A DNA stretch of 60,747 nucleotides from Enterobacteria phage JenK1. A program made the position numbers and the translations under genes. The DNA lies in sequence record NC_029021.1; one strand, written 5' to 3'. Positions 47,065 to 56,614 of this stretch are shown here, one piece after another. Each line of letters starts with the position of its first letter. Within the stretch, counting starts at the first letter, position 1. Below the pieces are notes generated by a model. That model made no database searches, was not told the origin of the DNA, and worked only from the letters and a program-made list of their open reading frames with translations.

Positions 47065-49611
47065 TAACTTAATAACTTCGTTCATTCTCTCAATATCTAC
47101 CAAATAACACTTCATTCTCGGTGGTGTAAACTCTGCGCCGAAGAAATTTGAAAAGTCCATTGGCCTCATCTCGGTAAGAACTTCCATAGACATCAAACCA
47201 TAGATTGTATTGTCTATGACCTGTAGGATGTTGTCATTTCTTGTCTGTTTAAAAGCCTTGAACTGGCGACATACTGTGCATAAATCACTCCTTGTGACAA
47301 TAAATGCGTCCTTAAACATGGGAAACCGTTTATATACACCAGCTTTAACTTCACCATCCAAGAACTTCTTAATGGAGTTCAGCATTATCTTCTCACGACT
47401 TGTACTGTCCGTAGAACCAATCTGCCCACTGTTACGCTTCTCTAAGAAACGCTCGTTACCCTGATCGATAAATGACTCAGCCCAACGATAATGTTCCATG
47501 GTGACAACAGGACGCTCACTGTTATCTGCAACAGCAAGAAGAGAAGCTATACGCAATACCTTCAACGCCTTCCTTGTGTACATCTGACGAATTACTTCGT
47601 CTTGCACCTGCTCACCATCATTGCCGCTGTTCAGGAACTTCGCAACAATATTATCAAGATTATCAAACGCTTCGTGTACCTCTGCTTCCATTTCAACATA
47701 ACATGGAGCAGTCCCTGACATAATACGCACAGCTTGTTTATAGATAGCTCCAATAGTGCGCAGAATTGCTTCTGGATATTCCAGGAGCATACTTTTATTC
47801 ATCAACGGTCGGTTAGCAGTACATTCCCATGCGATAATGCGGGACATGAAACCACTTGACATCATACGGTCATCTACGTTCCCGTAAAATTCATCTGGTG
47901 TCGTTTCACCTGCAAAACTATACGCCTTGACCTTACCGCCAGCAGTCGTATTATCTTTACTAGAGTGCTTTGAACCACCTGAGAAAGCGTAGAAATGCCC
48001 CTTATCATAAAGGGAAAGCATTTCATCCATAATGTCTTTAGCTTTACCGACTTCCATCTTACCGTTACGGAAAAACGCACCGACTTCAGTCTTATAGTTA
48101 ATGGATGAGCCACAGGACATAACTGACGTATCCATTATGACGTCTTTACGCAATGCAGCATCAGACGCATATGTACTTGTATCCAGGACACGTTCAATAC
48201 CAAATATCTGCTGCCCGTCCTGGCCGCCATAATTGGATACTTGAGAAAGAATAGTTTCAATGTTAGAGCGAAACGCTTCTTTACCAATACCAGAACGTGC
48301 AATCAGTACAAAGTAGTTATTCAAACCACTTCGTGTGACTGTGTTCCACGCCTTACCGCACATACCACTAAATAAAGCAAGAGCAGACAGAATACTAATG
48401 TCTTTAATAGGCAACAAGCTCGCTTTATACATATTACGCGCAACCTCGCCCATAAAGCCCGGAGGCCAAGCCAAACCGTCTGCCTGCTCTTCAGTGTAAT
48501 TGCCATCTGTGGTCAACACTTCTTCAGGTGGGCGTTCTGGTGTAGTTGCTTGACGTAGTTTTTCCGTGCGCTCTATAGCTGCATTAACGTTATTCTGAAC
48601 TATCTGCATAAGTCCCATAGATTTGACATGGGCATCATAGCGATAGTTGCGAATCATTCTATCCAGGTGATACGGGCGTTTGATTTTTTCACCAGGCAGA
48701 CGACGGGAATCATCGTAACGACTACTCATTGGTGAATACATGAACAAACGTCTTACCTGGAAATTGTACTTACTCTTAAAGCAAAGAAAGTCAATTAATG
48801 CAAACTCTGCTTCGGACTGAGAAGGGAAACAACGTTCACCGATAGAAGTATCAACTTCTTCAGCTCTCCAACGACCTTCCCATAGTTGCTTAAACAATGT
48901 TCCGTTTTCTTGTTCACACAACTGAATATAGACATCCTGGTCTTCCATTGCATATGGGTCGTTACTAAAATCTTCTTCAGTAAGTTCCAGCATTTGGAAG
49001 CCATCAGACTCATTAATCTCACTCATCTCAGACATAAGTTGATGAATGAGATTAGCGATATACCCTTCGCTTTCACTGCCTGGAGCACCAGACACAGTAC
49101 GCGGAGTAATATCCCAGTGATCTCCTGTACAGATAATAAAGCGATACTGTGAATACACTTCCACACCATCGCGGCGCTTACCAGCCTGAGGTATGGAATA
49201 AATCCATGTGTGCAACCCATCACCACTTCTGGAAATTTCCGTATAGCTATGGAACGATTCAACAATCTTCTTATATCGCTCACCAGCAACTTTCTTTTCC
49301 ATTTCAGACATGGTATCTTTAATGTCCATGTCTATACAACAGAACGGGTCACTTGGAAGTAGATAGAAACCTAAACGCAAGTTATGGCCGATCTCGTTAT
49401 AATAACGAACGCAGCGTTCAGCATCTTCAAAAGACATAAGTAAATGCAGGTTAGACGGTTTCTTATCATTGCCGTCTTTACGAAGTGGGACCATATCCCC
49501 TAAATCATCGTCCCATACATAAGGTTGTTTTTCTGATGATGTACCTGGATGGAAACCGCAGACAGCCCACTGTTCGTATTGTTTAATTTCTTGAGGAAAA
49601 AGTTCCAGCAT
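47062..49611 (-). CDS. DNA primase-polymerase (archaeo-eukaryotic primase-like) replication protein
   Basis: 849 aa; N-terminal AEP-like motifs CIDMDIKD (DxD) and SGDGLHTWIY (sGxGxH); large C-terminal domain unassigned. Confidence 0.55.
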   Translation of the reverse strand: MLELFPQEIKQYEQWAVCGFHPGTSSEKQPYVWDDDLGDMVPLRKDGNDKKPSNLHLLMSFEDAERCVRYYNEIGHNLRLGFYLLPSDPFCCIDMDIKDTMSEMEKKVAGERYKKIVESFHSYTEISRSGDGLHTWIYSIPQAGKRRDGVEVYSQYRFIICTGDHWDITPRTVSGAPGSESEGYIANLIHQLMSEMSEINESDGFQMLELTEEDFSNDPYAMEDQDVYIQLCEQENGTLFKQLWEGRWRAEEVDTSIGERCFPSQSEAEFALIDFLCFKSKYNFQVRRLFMYSPMSSRYDDSRRLPGEKIKRPYHLDRMIRNYRYDAHVKSMGLMQIVQNNVNAAIERTEKLRQATTPERPPEEVLTTDGNYTEEQADGLAWPPGFMGEVARNMYKASLLPIKDISILSALALFSGMCGKAWNTVTRSGLNNYFVLIARSGIGKEAFRSNIETILSQVSNYGGQDGQQIFGIERVLDTSTYASDAALRKDVIMDTSVMSCGSSINYKTEVGAFFRNGKMEVGKAKDIMDEMLSLYDKGHFYAFSGGSKHSSKDNTTAGGKVKAYSFAGETTPDEFYGNVDDRMMSSGFMSRIIAWECTANRPLMNKSMLLEYPEAILRTIGAIYKQAVRIMSGTAPCYVEMEAEVHEAFDNLDNIVAKFLNSGNDGEQVQDEVIRQMYTRKALKVLRIASLLAVADNSERPVVTMEHYRWAESFIDQGNERFLEKRNSGQIGSTDSTSREKIMLNSIKKFLDGEVKAGVYKRFPMFKDAFIVTRSDLCTVCRQFKAFKQTRNDNILQVIDNTIYGLMSMEVLTEMRPMDFSNFFGAEFTPPRMKCYLVDIERMNEVIKL

Positions 49612-49620
49612 GTTATTACC

Positions 49621-49857
49621 TTAAAACGTAGCGGGATTAATTTCAAATAACGAACGTGATGGTACAACATCAAAGTTGACATCTACCAGCTTAAAAGAAT
49701 TCGTGTAAACACACCATGTACCGACTTTTTCATTAAAGACGGGCTTGTCATTATTAAATGCGTACACGCAACCATCAGAATCTGTTGCAATATATCTTGT
49801 GTCTTTTGGTACTTCTACATCTGAACCATAATAGTGAACGGTAATTAAATCTGACAT
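49621..49857 (-). CDS. hypothetical protein
   Basis: 78-aa ORF. Confidence 0.45.
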   Translation of the reverse strand: MSDLITVHYYGSDVEVPKDTRYIATDSDGCVYAFNNDKPVFNEKVGTWCVYTNSFKLVDVNFDVVPSRSLFEINPATF

Positions 49858-49931
49858 GTTATTCTCCTACGATCCATTAGGACACACCTAGTATATACTG
49901 ATGGATCGGCAGGGGGCTAACCCCCTGCAAA

Positions 49932-50330
49932 TTATGGTACTAAGACCCAACGACAGGTGATAGGTTTACACGTTACTTGTTCTTTAGAGATAGTAATTCT
50001 GTCCCTGAACATTATTCTCGGATAAAAATATTGCATGTAATTATCCGAATCCGTTTTACATTGTGCATTCAATATGCGGGAGCTAACAATAAACTTTAAA
50101 TCCGCCCAATCCTCCATAGAATCAGAAAAGGATAAGATACGCCCATTTCCACGGACTTTAGCTGTTGACTTAGCTGGTAGTCTGTGGTCAATATCACACG
50201 GTAAGTCTAAAGCAGGTAGCTTCCCTTTGATTAATTTATCGGTATTAAAAGAGCCAATTTCCAAAGTATGGATATTTTGACCTTTAATTGGTTCTTCAAA
50301 CTTAACATCGACAACGAGTTTAACTAACAT
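49932..50330 (-). CDS. hypothetical protein
   Basis: 132-aa ORF. Confidence 0.5.
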   Translation of the reverse strand: MLVKLVVDVKFEEPIKGQNIHTLEIGSFNTDKLIKGKLPALDLPCDIDHRLPAKSTAKVRGNGRILSFSDSMEDWADLKFIVSSRILNAQCKTDSDNYMQYFYPRIMFRDRITISKEQVTCKPITCRWVLVP

Positions 50331-50344
50331 AACTTACCCTATAA

Positions 50345-50614
50345 TCACCATAAAATTTCTACACTTTCAGTATCCAGCTGACTTAATGGTTGCTTATATG
50401 AGATTGTATATCCAAATGATACCAGTTGTTCAGTGACCTTTCTCATTACAGGACGTGCATTAGGACTACCGATTTCACTATATGGCTTTTTAAATAATTT
50501 AATATGATCCCTGCCATCTAGAGACGCTTTAGTAATCCATTTATCCAAATCATCAAGATATGCACCGGTATCCAAGTTTTCACTATTTGTACGAGCTTCT
50601 TGTGCTGTAATCAT
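50345..50614 (-). CDS. hypothetical protein
   Basis: 89-aa ORF. Confidence 0.5.
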   Translation of the reverse strand: MITAQEARTNSENLDTGAYLDDLDKWITKASLDGRDHIKLFKKPYSEIGSPNARPVMRKVTEQLVSFGYTISYKQPLSQLDTESVEILW

Positions 50615-50616
50615 GA

Positions 50617-50832
50617 TTATTGCTCCATAGCTTGTTTCATCAATGCGTCATAGATACGTTTCGCACTAGACGCGTTCCACAGTTGTTCGTCTGTCTGAAC
50701 TTCCTGGTTCCATTGCTTGTCAAACAAACCTTCTTCATACGCATCTTTAATACGCTCGCACAAAGTAAGAATGTCGGTCTGAAGAATATCAATTTCTTCT
50801 TGTGTTAACGCAGTTTGGAGTTCTTTACTCAT
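50617..50832 (-). CDS. hypothetical protein
   Basis: Internal Met start (MSKELQ) chosen to reduce overlap. Confidence 0.4.
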   Translation of the reverse strand: MSKELQTALTQEEIDILQTDILTLCERIKDAYEEGLFDKQWNQEVQTDEQLWNASSAKRIYDALMKQAMEQ

Positions 50833-51217
50833 CCTTATCACCTTCTTTATTGAGTTGACCACATGCTTGAGTCCATTGTCCGTTCAATGTTCGCTTAAGA
50901 TCGTCTTTGCGCATACGTTCGAACCATTCAGTGTGGTCATGTGGATTGTCGCTTACTTTATAGTCAATATTAACACACGTTTCTTTGAAATCCATACCTT
51001 CCAGGTCCACGTTATAACAGATATCGATTTCAATACCTGGCTCAGTTAATACCCAAAAACCATCGCCATCAATACATTCGCACCACTGAGGTTCATTCTC
51101 AAATGCAGTTAAAGTACCGTCCTCGTCAACCGCAAGGTATTTCGCCCACACTGGAACAAAGAACACTTCACCGAAGTAGCGCACAGCCTTCTGAGTAAGG
51201 TTAATTTGCATCTTCAC
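50825..51217 (-). CDS. hypothetical protein
   Basis: 130-aa acidic ORF. Confidence 0.5.
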   Translation of the reverse strand: MKMQINLTQKAVRYFGEVFFVPVWAKYLAVDEDGTLTAFENEPQWCECIDGDGFWVLTEPGIEIDICYNVDLEGMDFKETCVNIDYKVSDNPHDHTEWFERMRKDDLKRTLNGQWTQACGQLNKEGDKDE

Positions 51218-51554
51218 CTCCCGATACTAGTTCCAAAGTCTCACGAAGCAGACGCTCGAGCTTCGATTTATTTTTGATAAGCTGATATTGCCGATCTACC
51301 ACCAGCACCTTCTCGCGGTTACGCATAAGGTATTCGAACGCACTTTGAAAATCTTCGACTTTACCTTCATAACCTAAAGCCTTGGCAACGTGCGACACGC
51401 GATGGAACAGAAAGTCCGCAAAGTCCATAAATTCCATCGCATTGACAATAGCGTCAAGTAAATCAGGATTTGTATTCGGGTCGACCTGTTTGGCTTGTTC
51501 AAGAAGTCGCACCTTTGCTTTATATAAAGGTGAATTGCTCACTGTTTGCATCAC
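51201..51554 (-). CDS. hypothetical protein
   Basis: 117-aa ORF. Confidence 0.5.
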   Translation of the reverse strand: MMQTVSNSPLYKAKVRLLEQAKQVDPNTNPDLLDAIVNAMEFMDFADFLFHRVSHVAKALGYEGKVEDFQSAFEYLMRNREKVLVVDRQYQLIKNKSKLERLLRETLELVSGGEDAN

Positions 51555-51820
51555 TTCCTCCAGATTTTACGTGATTCTTCAATACGGATGTTGTACCGTA
51601 TAAGCTGTTGCATAACTTTATGCAGGTCATCAAGATGCTTCCTTAAACGAAGACGTTTCTTGATAGCCCACAGGTTCTTCATATCTGTTCGGCGGAGCTC
51701 CTCCCTTAAATACAATGAAAAGTCAGTCTGGTGGTTTAAGATAAATTGAATACGCATCAAGGTATCCGACTTACGATAATCAGGATACCATTTAGGAAGA
51801 AGATCTTGTTCGCCAACCAT
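51551..51820 (-). CDS. hypothetical protein
   Basis: Start at internal ATG 51820, one nt after the stop of the upstream gene; the longer track ORF overlaps the upstream gene. Confidence 0.4.
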   Translation of the reverse strand: MVGEQDLLPKWYPDYRKSDTLMRIQFILNHQTDFSLYLREELRRTDMKNLWAIKKRLRLRKHLDDLHKVMQQLIRYNIRIEESRKIWRK

Positions 51821-51821
51821 C

Positions 51822-52442
51822 TCACGCTCCAAACTGATCAATGTATTCAATGAGCTCTTGCAATTCTTTCTGTAACTGCACATTACCACTATTATTCGTC
51901 TGAAGTCTAACGAGGCACTCCTTGATATGTGCAATGTGGTTAGCACCCATCCGACGCTTCTGTACATCACACCAGCGAACAACACCATCTTCAATATATG
52001 CACGACGCGCTTTACCACGTGGGTATCGCAGCGGCCGAACTTCACACTTATCGCCAACCCACTTAAAGCCCAGGATCATAACAGCGTTACCTTCCGTATC
52101 AGGACACACGTCAAAACAACTGGTGAACCCTTTACTGTGCATATACTCGTCGAGCGGAATCACACAATCCACCTCTAACAACCAGTACCCGAAGTAAATG
52201 TCAACAGTAAACATCATCCCCAACATCGGAGCCGACCAGCACATATACATCCGCCCGTCATCCAACTTCTTGACCGCATTCGGCCGCAACACGAGGCCAG
52301 CCTCCTTCCACGCTTTGACCACATTACTTAGGCTTTCATTATGCTGCTCTAATATGGCTACCGCTTTGGCGTACATTTCTTCGTTGTAACCGAACATTTC
52401 TTGTACGTGTGCGTGTGTTATTTCAATTTTACGATTGCGCAT
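51822..52442 (-). CDS. hypothetical early protein (first gene of long leftward operon)
   Basis: 206-aa ORF preceded by repeat-rich control region. Confidence 0.55.
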   Translation of the reverse strand: MRNRKIEITHAHVQEMFGYNEEMYAKAVAILEQHNESLSNVVKAWKEAGLVLRPNAVKKLDDGRMYMCWSAPMLGMMFTVDIYFGYWLLEVDCVIPLDEYMHSKGFTSCFDVCPDTEGNAVMILGFKWVGDKCEVRPLRYPRGKARRAYIEDGVVRWCDVQKRRMGANHIAHIKECLVRLQTNNSGNVQLQKELQELIEYIDQFGA

Positions 52443-52505
52443 AACCTCACCCTTGATGATAATAAATCGATTAATTTTGAAATTCAGTTGCCAAGTTTTA
52501 ATTTA

Positions 52506-52576
52506 TGCGAAGTTTTTGCTATTTGCAACTGTGATATTTTGCGGTGTTTGTATATGCAAAGTTTTTGCTTTTGCAA
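52506..52576. promoter_or_regulatory. two operator-like palindromic repeats upstream of leftward operon
   Basis: tgcgaagtttttgctatttgcaa (52506-52528) and tgcaaagtttttgcttttgcaa (52555-52576); each carries TGCAAA/TTTGCA inverted half-sites around palindromic TTGCAA. Confidence 0.4.
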
Positions 52577-52605
52577 AAATTACAACAGTCTGAAGGTGAG
52601 AAATT

Positions 52606-52651
52606 GTACATTTATAAAGATCGGTGAAAAAATGCACAATTTATAAAGACC
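52606..52651. repeat. direct repeats of TTTATAAAGA motif
   Basis: tttataaaga at 52611-52620 and 52640-52649; inverted copy tctttataaa at 52789-52798. Confidence 0.5.
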
Positions 52652-53039
52652 CCGTAATACATAAAACGGCGAAGCGAAGTGTATGAAAAATAATGGAAAA
52701 TTTTGAGGATTGGGAGGTTTGTAGTGATTTATATTATTTATAAAGGGGTCTCGTGGGGGTCGTCAGTAGACAACTCAAAAACAAAAAATCTTTATAAAAT
52801 TTATATAAATACACACATATACACATTTTTACCTTATTTTTCATGCACTTACCTCCTTTCATTTCGTATATTAAGCGACAATATACGAGCAATATAAGAA
52901 ATATTTGTTGCGCAACGACTGTGTGTTTTCTAACCAATCGAAAGATTGCTTTATATACGTCCGCGCGTCTAACACAAAAGAAAAGTAGATTGCAAGCGAT
53001 TTTTGCTGAGGTAACTCTCGAAGTGAAAGCGATTTGCGA

Positions 53040-53420
53040 GTTTGAAATTTTGTAGCCCGAAAACGATTCTATTTTATGGTATAAATGTCGGATTTTTCGG
53101 TGAAAGGTGGCTTTTCGGTGAGGTTGGGTGGCTGGAATCGGGGTAGCGGGTAGACCATAAAGCGAAAATAGCCGCGAAAACGGGGCACGCAGCGCGATTA
53201 ACTGGTTGGATCGGTGTAAGGGTGGCGGTGAGGGGCGAAAATGCCGCAAAATCGCGTACAGGGAAGCAGGGAGTGGATCACTGTAAGGGCGTGTAAGGCG
53301 ACTGAATTGGAGTCAATGGTAATGTACGGAAGAGGGATTCAGGTTCTTAGAGCGCGAATGGTGGAGTTATGGGTGAGGAATATGTGGTCAGCAGGGTAAC
53401 GCGGGAGGTTATGCAGGTAC
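53040..53420. repeat. purine-rich non-coding tract with tandem and dispersed short repeats
   Basis: ttttcggtga(a/g)(a/g)gtgg twice (53094-53131), gcgaaaat(a)gccgc(g)aaaa twice (53162-53183, 53234-53255), recurring GGTGAGG / GTAAGG motifs; no convincing ORF. Confidence 0.5.
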
Positions 53421-53457
53421 AAAAACGAAAGCGCCCCGTTGGACTTCAACAGGGCGC
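53421..53457 (-). terminator. intrinsic terminator ending leftward early operon
   Basis: Minus strand stem GCGCCC / GGGCGC with 15-nt loop, then TTTCGTTTTT. Confidence 0.5.
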
Positions 53458-53480
53458 GGATTATATAATGCAGTTAGAAG

Positions 53481-53729
53481 TTATTTACAAGTTAATAGTA
53501 CCGCCCAGGTATTATCTGGAAGCGTACCAACTCCAAGTATTTTAAGTTGAAGCGACTTGTTCTGCATGTTGTAATTGTCCAGTAACTCCTGGGCCGCGGC
53601 AGCGGCGTTCGCTTCACCGTTCAGGTTGTAGTCGTTTGCAGTTATTGCGCACATACCGAGGCCAACCGCTTTGAAGCGCATACCTTTGGATTGAGTCGGT
53701 GCTAGTGCTTTGACATGGATAGCGTTCAT
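53481..53729 (-). CDS. hypothetical small protein, paralog family B (copy 2)
   Basis: 82 aa; alignable with 54260-54505 product (shared AAA.EL...G.LPD pattern). Confidence 0.55.
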   Translation of the reverse strand: MNAIHVKALAPTQSKGMRFKAVGLGMCAITANDYNLNGEANAAAAAQELLDNYNMQNKSLQLKILGVGTLPDNTWAVLLTCK

Positions 53730-53758
53730 ATTATTTATCTCCGTTACAATTTGAAAGG

Positions 53759-54016
53759 TTAGCAGCTTTTTAACAGGTTAATGAAGCCCACCAGCGTGGA
53801 CGCGGTTGCAACCAGGCGGCCCATAGTATGCAGTTCCGCGTAAACTTTACCGTCGTTGAACACTGTTAAATAAACGTTAAGACCATTGCAACGGACGCGA
53901 TATTTGCGCGAGTTATTATTGAAAGTTTCTAATTCCGCAGTGATAGTCGCAAGATTAGCTATACGCTTGCCGATAATGCGGCGAGTGATAGTGGACTGGT
54001 TTAATACTGTAGACAT
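53759..54016 (-). CDS. hypothetical small protein, paralog family A (copy 2)
   Basis: 85 aa; N-terminus STITRRIIGKRI matches SMITKRIIGKRL of 55331-55636 product; AGGA RBS. Confidence 0.55.
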   Translation of the reverse strand: MSTVLNQSTITRRIIGKRIANLATITAELETFNNNSRKYRVRCNGLNVYLTVFNDGKVYAELHTMGRLVATASTLVGFINLLKSC

Positions 54017-54053
54017 AATCTTTTCCTCTGTTAACTATGCGAAGTGCATATTA

Positions 54054-54076
54054 TTGCCCACTGTTACTATGGGCAA
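54054..54076 (-). promoter_or_regulatory. palindromic element overlapping candidate promoter (copy 1)
   Basis: ttgcccactgttactatgggcaa; on minus strand reads TTGCCC - 17 bp - TAATAT upstream of 53759-54016 gene. Confidence 0.4.
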
Positions 54077-54084
54077 TGTATATG

Positions 54085-54249
54085 TCACTCAGCGGACACA
54101 TATTCTAACGCTTCTGATAGTGTAGCGAAGTGACCATCACTCACCAGATTAATAGCGTACTCAAGTTGATCCCGGGTCAGGTTGCGAAACTTGTTACGGA
54201 TGTGATAGCAACGACCGCGATAAATAACCTGGAAATAATTGCGTTCCAT
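54085..54249 (-). CDS. hypothetical small protein
   Basis: 54 aa from internal ATG 54249 with GGGGA RBS (longer track ORF overlaps upstream gene). Confidence 0.35.
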   Translation of the reverse strand: MERNYFQVIYRGRCYHIRNKFRNLTRDQLEYAINLVSDGHFATLSEALEYVSAE

Positions 54250-54259
54250 AATTATCCCC

Positions 54260-54505
54260 TTATGCAACGATGAACGCGTAACCGCTTTGATCCGGGAGCT
54301 CACCACCAGCAACAATCTCAAACTCAACACCCGCTTTATCGTTGAACTTTTTGATAAGCTCTTCCGCTGCGGCGCGGTGGTTGCCGTAAACACCCAAATC
54401 GTCACGCCATGTGATAGTCAAGGAGCCGTTCCAGCCTGTTGCTTTTACGCGCGGGTCACGGGTGGCAGTCGGGTTGATGAATTTCGTGATGATAGCTTGA
54501 GCCAT
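54260..54505 (-). CDS. hypothetical small protein, paralog family B (copy 1)
   Basis: 81 aa; paralog of 53481-53729 product. Confidence 0.55.
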   Translation of the reverse strand: MAQAIITKFINPTATRDPRVKATGWNGSLTITWRDDLGVYGNHRAAAEELIKKFNDKAGVEFEIVAGGELPDQSGYAFIVA

Positions 54506-54510
54506 GATAA

Positions 54511-54729
54511 TTACTCCGGTAAAATTACAGTGACGTTAATATTTGCAATGCGAGCGCACTCGCGGAAACCTTTTACATAAGCATCCATTTCGTCATAGGA
54601 TGCGAATGTCACGTCCGGGACTGGTCCGTTGTTAATATTCACGCAATATTCGTGTTCGTCCAGGTCAACCCAGCAGTATAGAACTATAGTTTCCATATTA
54701 TTTACCCTCCGTATAGTAAAGACCCGCAA
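54511..54729 (-). CDS. hypothetical small protein
   Basis: 72-aa ORF (possibly starting at internal METIVLYC). Confidence 0.45.
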   Translation of the reverse strand: MRVFTIRRVNNMETIVLYCWVDLDEHEYCVNINNGPVPDVTFASYDEMDAYVKGFRECARIANINVTVILPE

Positions 54730-54774
54730 CTATTGGAGCTCCGAACACCAAGAAAGCTAATAAGTAGAACATAA

Positions 54775-55269
54775 TTAGTTACCCCCTTTATTATTGAGCC
54801 CGTTGAATTTACGCCATGCGTAGAATTCAATCGTTGCATTATTAATATTCCAACCATTAGCTTTCGCAAGGTCACGGACGTTACCAATAGTTGGCACACT
54901 ATCAGGTAACATATTATCCAGGGCATTCCAAACGTCTGCGCATTTACCTTTAATTGGGCGGCGGACCCCGTTGCGCGTTTCGCTGCGCGTTTTGCTCTTG
55001 GCGGGAGCGACCGGAGCTTGTTGTGTGGTCACTTCCACGACAGTCGCTTTATCAGCTTCAACCAGATCGTTAGCTGCCTTGTTAACCGCGCTTTCGCTGT
55101 ACCAGTAGCGGCCACCGTCTTCTTGCGGTTCCTGGTGAATAAAGCTATTAGCTGTCGCAGTGTCCACATCCAGAACCTTTTTTAAGGCACGGCGAGCGTT
55201 AGACATATTGGTGAAGAAGCGAGCATCTTTTGCTACGCGAGTGATAGTAACCATTGTGAATATCTCCAT
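54775..55269 (-). CDS. hypothetical protein
   Basis: 164 aa; N-terminal TITRVAKDA loosely resembles paralog family A; preceded by second copy of the palindromic element. Confidence 0.5.
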   Translation of the reverse strand: MEIFTMVTITRVAKDARFFTNMSNARRALKKVLDVDTATANSFIHQEPQEDGGRYWYSESAVNKAANDLVEADKATVVEVTTQQAPVAPAKSKTRSETRNGVRRPIKGKCADVWNALDNMLPDSVPTIGNVRDLAKANGWNINNATIEFYAWRKFNGLNNKGGN

Positions 55270-55296
55270 GTTGTTCTAGCGGATTGCTAGTGGGAG

Positions 55297-55317
55297 CCCA
55301 CTGTAACAATGGGCAAC
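55297..55317 (-). promoter_or_regulatory. palindromic element (copy 2)
   Basis: gcccactgtaacaatgggcaa; 19 of 21 nt identical to copy at 54056-54076. Confidence 0.4.
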
Positions 55318-55330
55318 CATTAGCACGCTA

Positions 55331-55636
55331 TTATTGTTGAATAGCTTTATCTATCATTGCGATGAAGCAGAACACAGACCAAAGGCTATTCGCTTGGCAT
55401 ACTGCGCGGCCGTACATTACAGCGTGAGAGCTAACAGTACCGTCCTCGTTAATGCGAATATATAACGGGGTGCTGGAATACTTTTCGTTGCCCGGGAGCA
55501 TTACTAAATACTCGTCGAAACCCCAATCCCCGTCGACTTTTTCCGCAGTAAGGCCCAGCTGATACAGGCGCTTGCCGATAATACGTTTGGTGATCATGGA
55601 CTGGGACATAGAACGCGGTAAGTAGATAATGGACAT
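55331..55636 (-). CDS. hypothetical small protein, paralog family A (copy 1)
   Basis: 101 aa; AAGGGAG RBS; paralog of 53759-54016 product. Confidence 0.55.
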   Translation of the reverse strand: MSIIYLPRSMSQSMITKRIIGKRLYQLGLTAEKVDGDWGFDEYLVMLPGNEKYSSTPLYIRINEDGTVSSHAVMYGRAVCQANSLWSVFCFIAMIDKAIQQ

Positions 55637-55821
55637 AATGCAATCTCCCTTCGGGTGAAGCGGGCGCGGAACCCGTGTCCCGCTTTAAAACCCCCTTTAC
55701 CCCACGCGTTTATAGTATGACAACAGGGTATCAGATGCAACTATTATCTGCATTATTTTAGAACTTTTTTAGTTGTGTTTCATAATAATAACATCCGGGA
55801 CTATACGGTAGATGGTGTGCC

Positions 55822-55890
55822 GGAAATACCAGGTAGCGCGAGTGTGCTGAAAATACCAGGTAACAGCACGCGCAGGAAATACCAGGTAGC
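55822..55890. repeat. three iteron-like direct repeats in divergent intergenic region
   Basis: ggaaataccaggtagc (55822-55837), gaaaataccaggtaac (55849-55864), ggaaataccaggtagc (55875-55890); spacing 27 and 26 bp; each contains CCAGG. Confidence 0.55.
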
Positions 55891-56241
55891 ACATACATAG
55901 ACAGCACATAGTGGGCAGGTGGATAGTAACAGATGTAATTATACTGGACGGTATAGTATAGTCATGTAATAGATAGCACACTAATCAAATAAAAAATAAT
56001 AACGCGTGTAACAATAAACAACGTTATAGTAGAGCGCATGACAGTCACATCACGTAACAATCACCTCACTGACGATCACGGGACGTTATAGTAACGCCGC
56101 GGGGCGGCTCTTAGATCTCTGCCAAGGATTCATCGTTTGTAGATTGTCTCGTCACTAGACACTTTATATCCTCACCTCACCTGCCCTATATTGTTCGTAT
56201 AAAGTTAATTCCGTATGTAAATACTCGAGAGGAGATCTGTT

Positions 56242-56529
56242 ATGTTCGTTCTGGCTTTCAGTAGTGCAATATGGCTAGGTATCAACTGGATCCTTGCAAT
56301 TATATTGGGTCTTGTGATTTGGTATGTGCCGTTTATGCGTTACGCTGTTATCATTTCGCTTGTATATTTAGTTGTTAAACATTTCTTCGTATGGTGTGTA
56401 TGCAACCCACAAGCTGCAAACATCAAACGTAACAAAGCGAACTTCTTTAGTGTACTTATTTTAGGTTCACTGATTGTGTACGCATGGTTGCTCGGTGCGC
56501 AGAACTTAGGTTGGTTCACGTTACCTTAA
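56242..56529 (+). CDS. small membrane protein
   Basis: 95 aa with two or three hydrophobic helices. Confidence 0.5.
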   Translation: MFVLAFSSAIWLGINWILAIILGLVIWYVPFMRYAVIISLVYLVVKHFFVWCVCNPQAANIKRNKANFFSVLILGSLIVYAWLLGAQNLGWFTLP

Positions 56530-56614
56530 TGTGGTCACTAATTGTTGCGGCCGGCTATGTTAATCAACTTGCGTATCCTGTTATAGTTATTCCGTTAACG
56601 TTAAAGGGGTTTAT

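Noticed and set aside
52734-53249. 171-aa minus-strand ORF in the non-coding repeat region
   Set aside because: Low-complexity translation, no RBS, spans repeat tracts; region interpreted as regulatory non-coding DNA.
55822-55890. Possible CRISPR array
   Set aside because: Only three short repeats with spacers of about 11 bp and no cas genes; more consistent with iterons.
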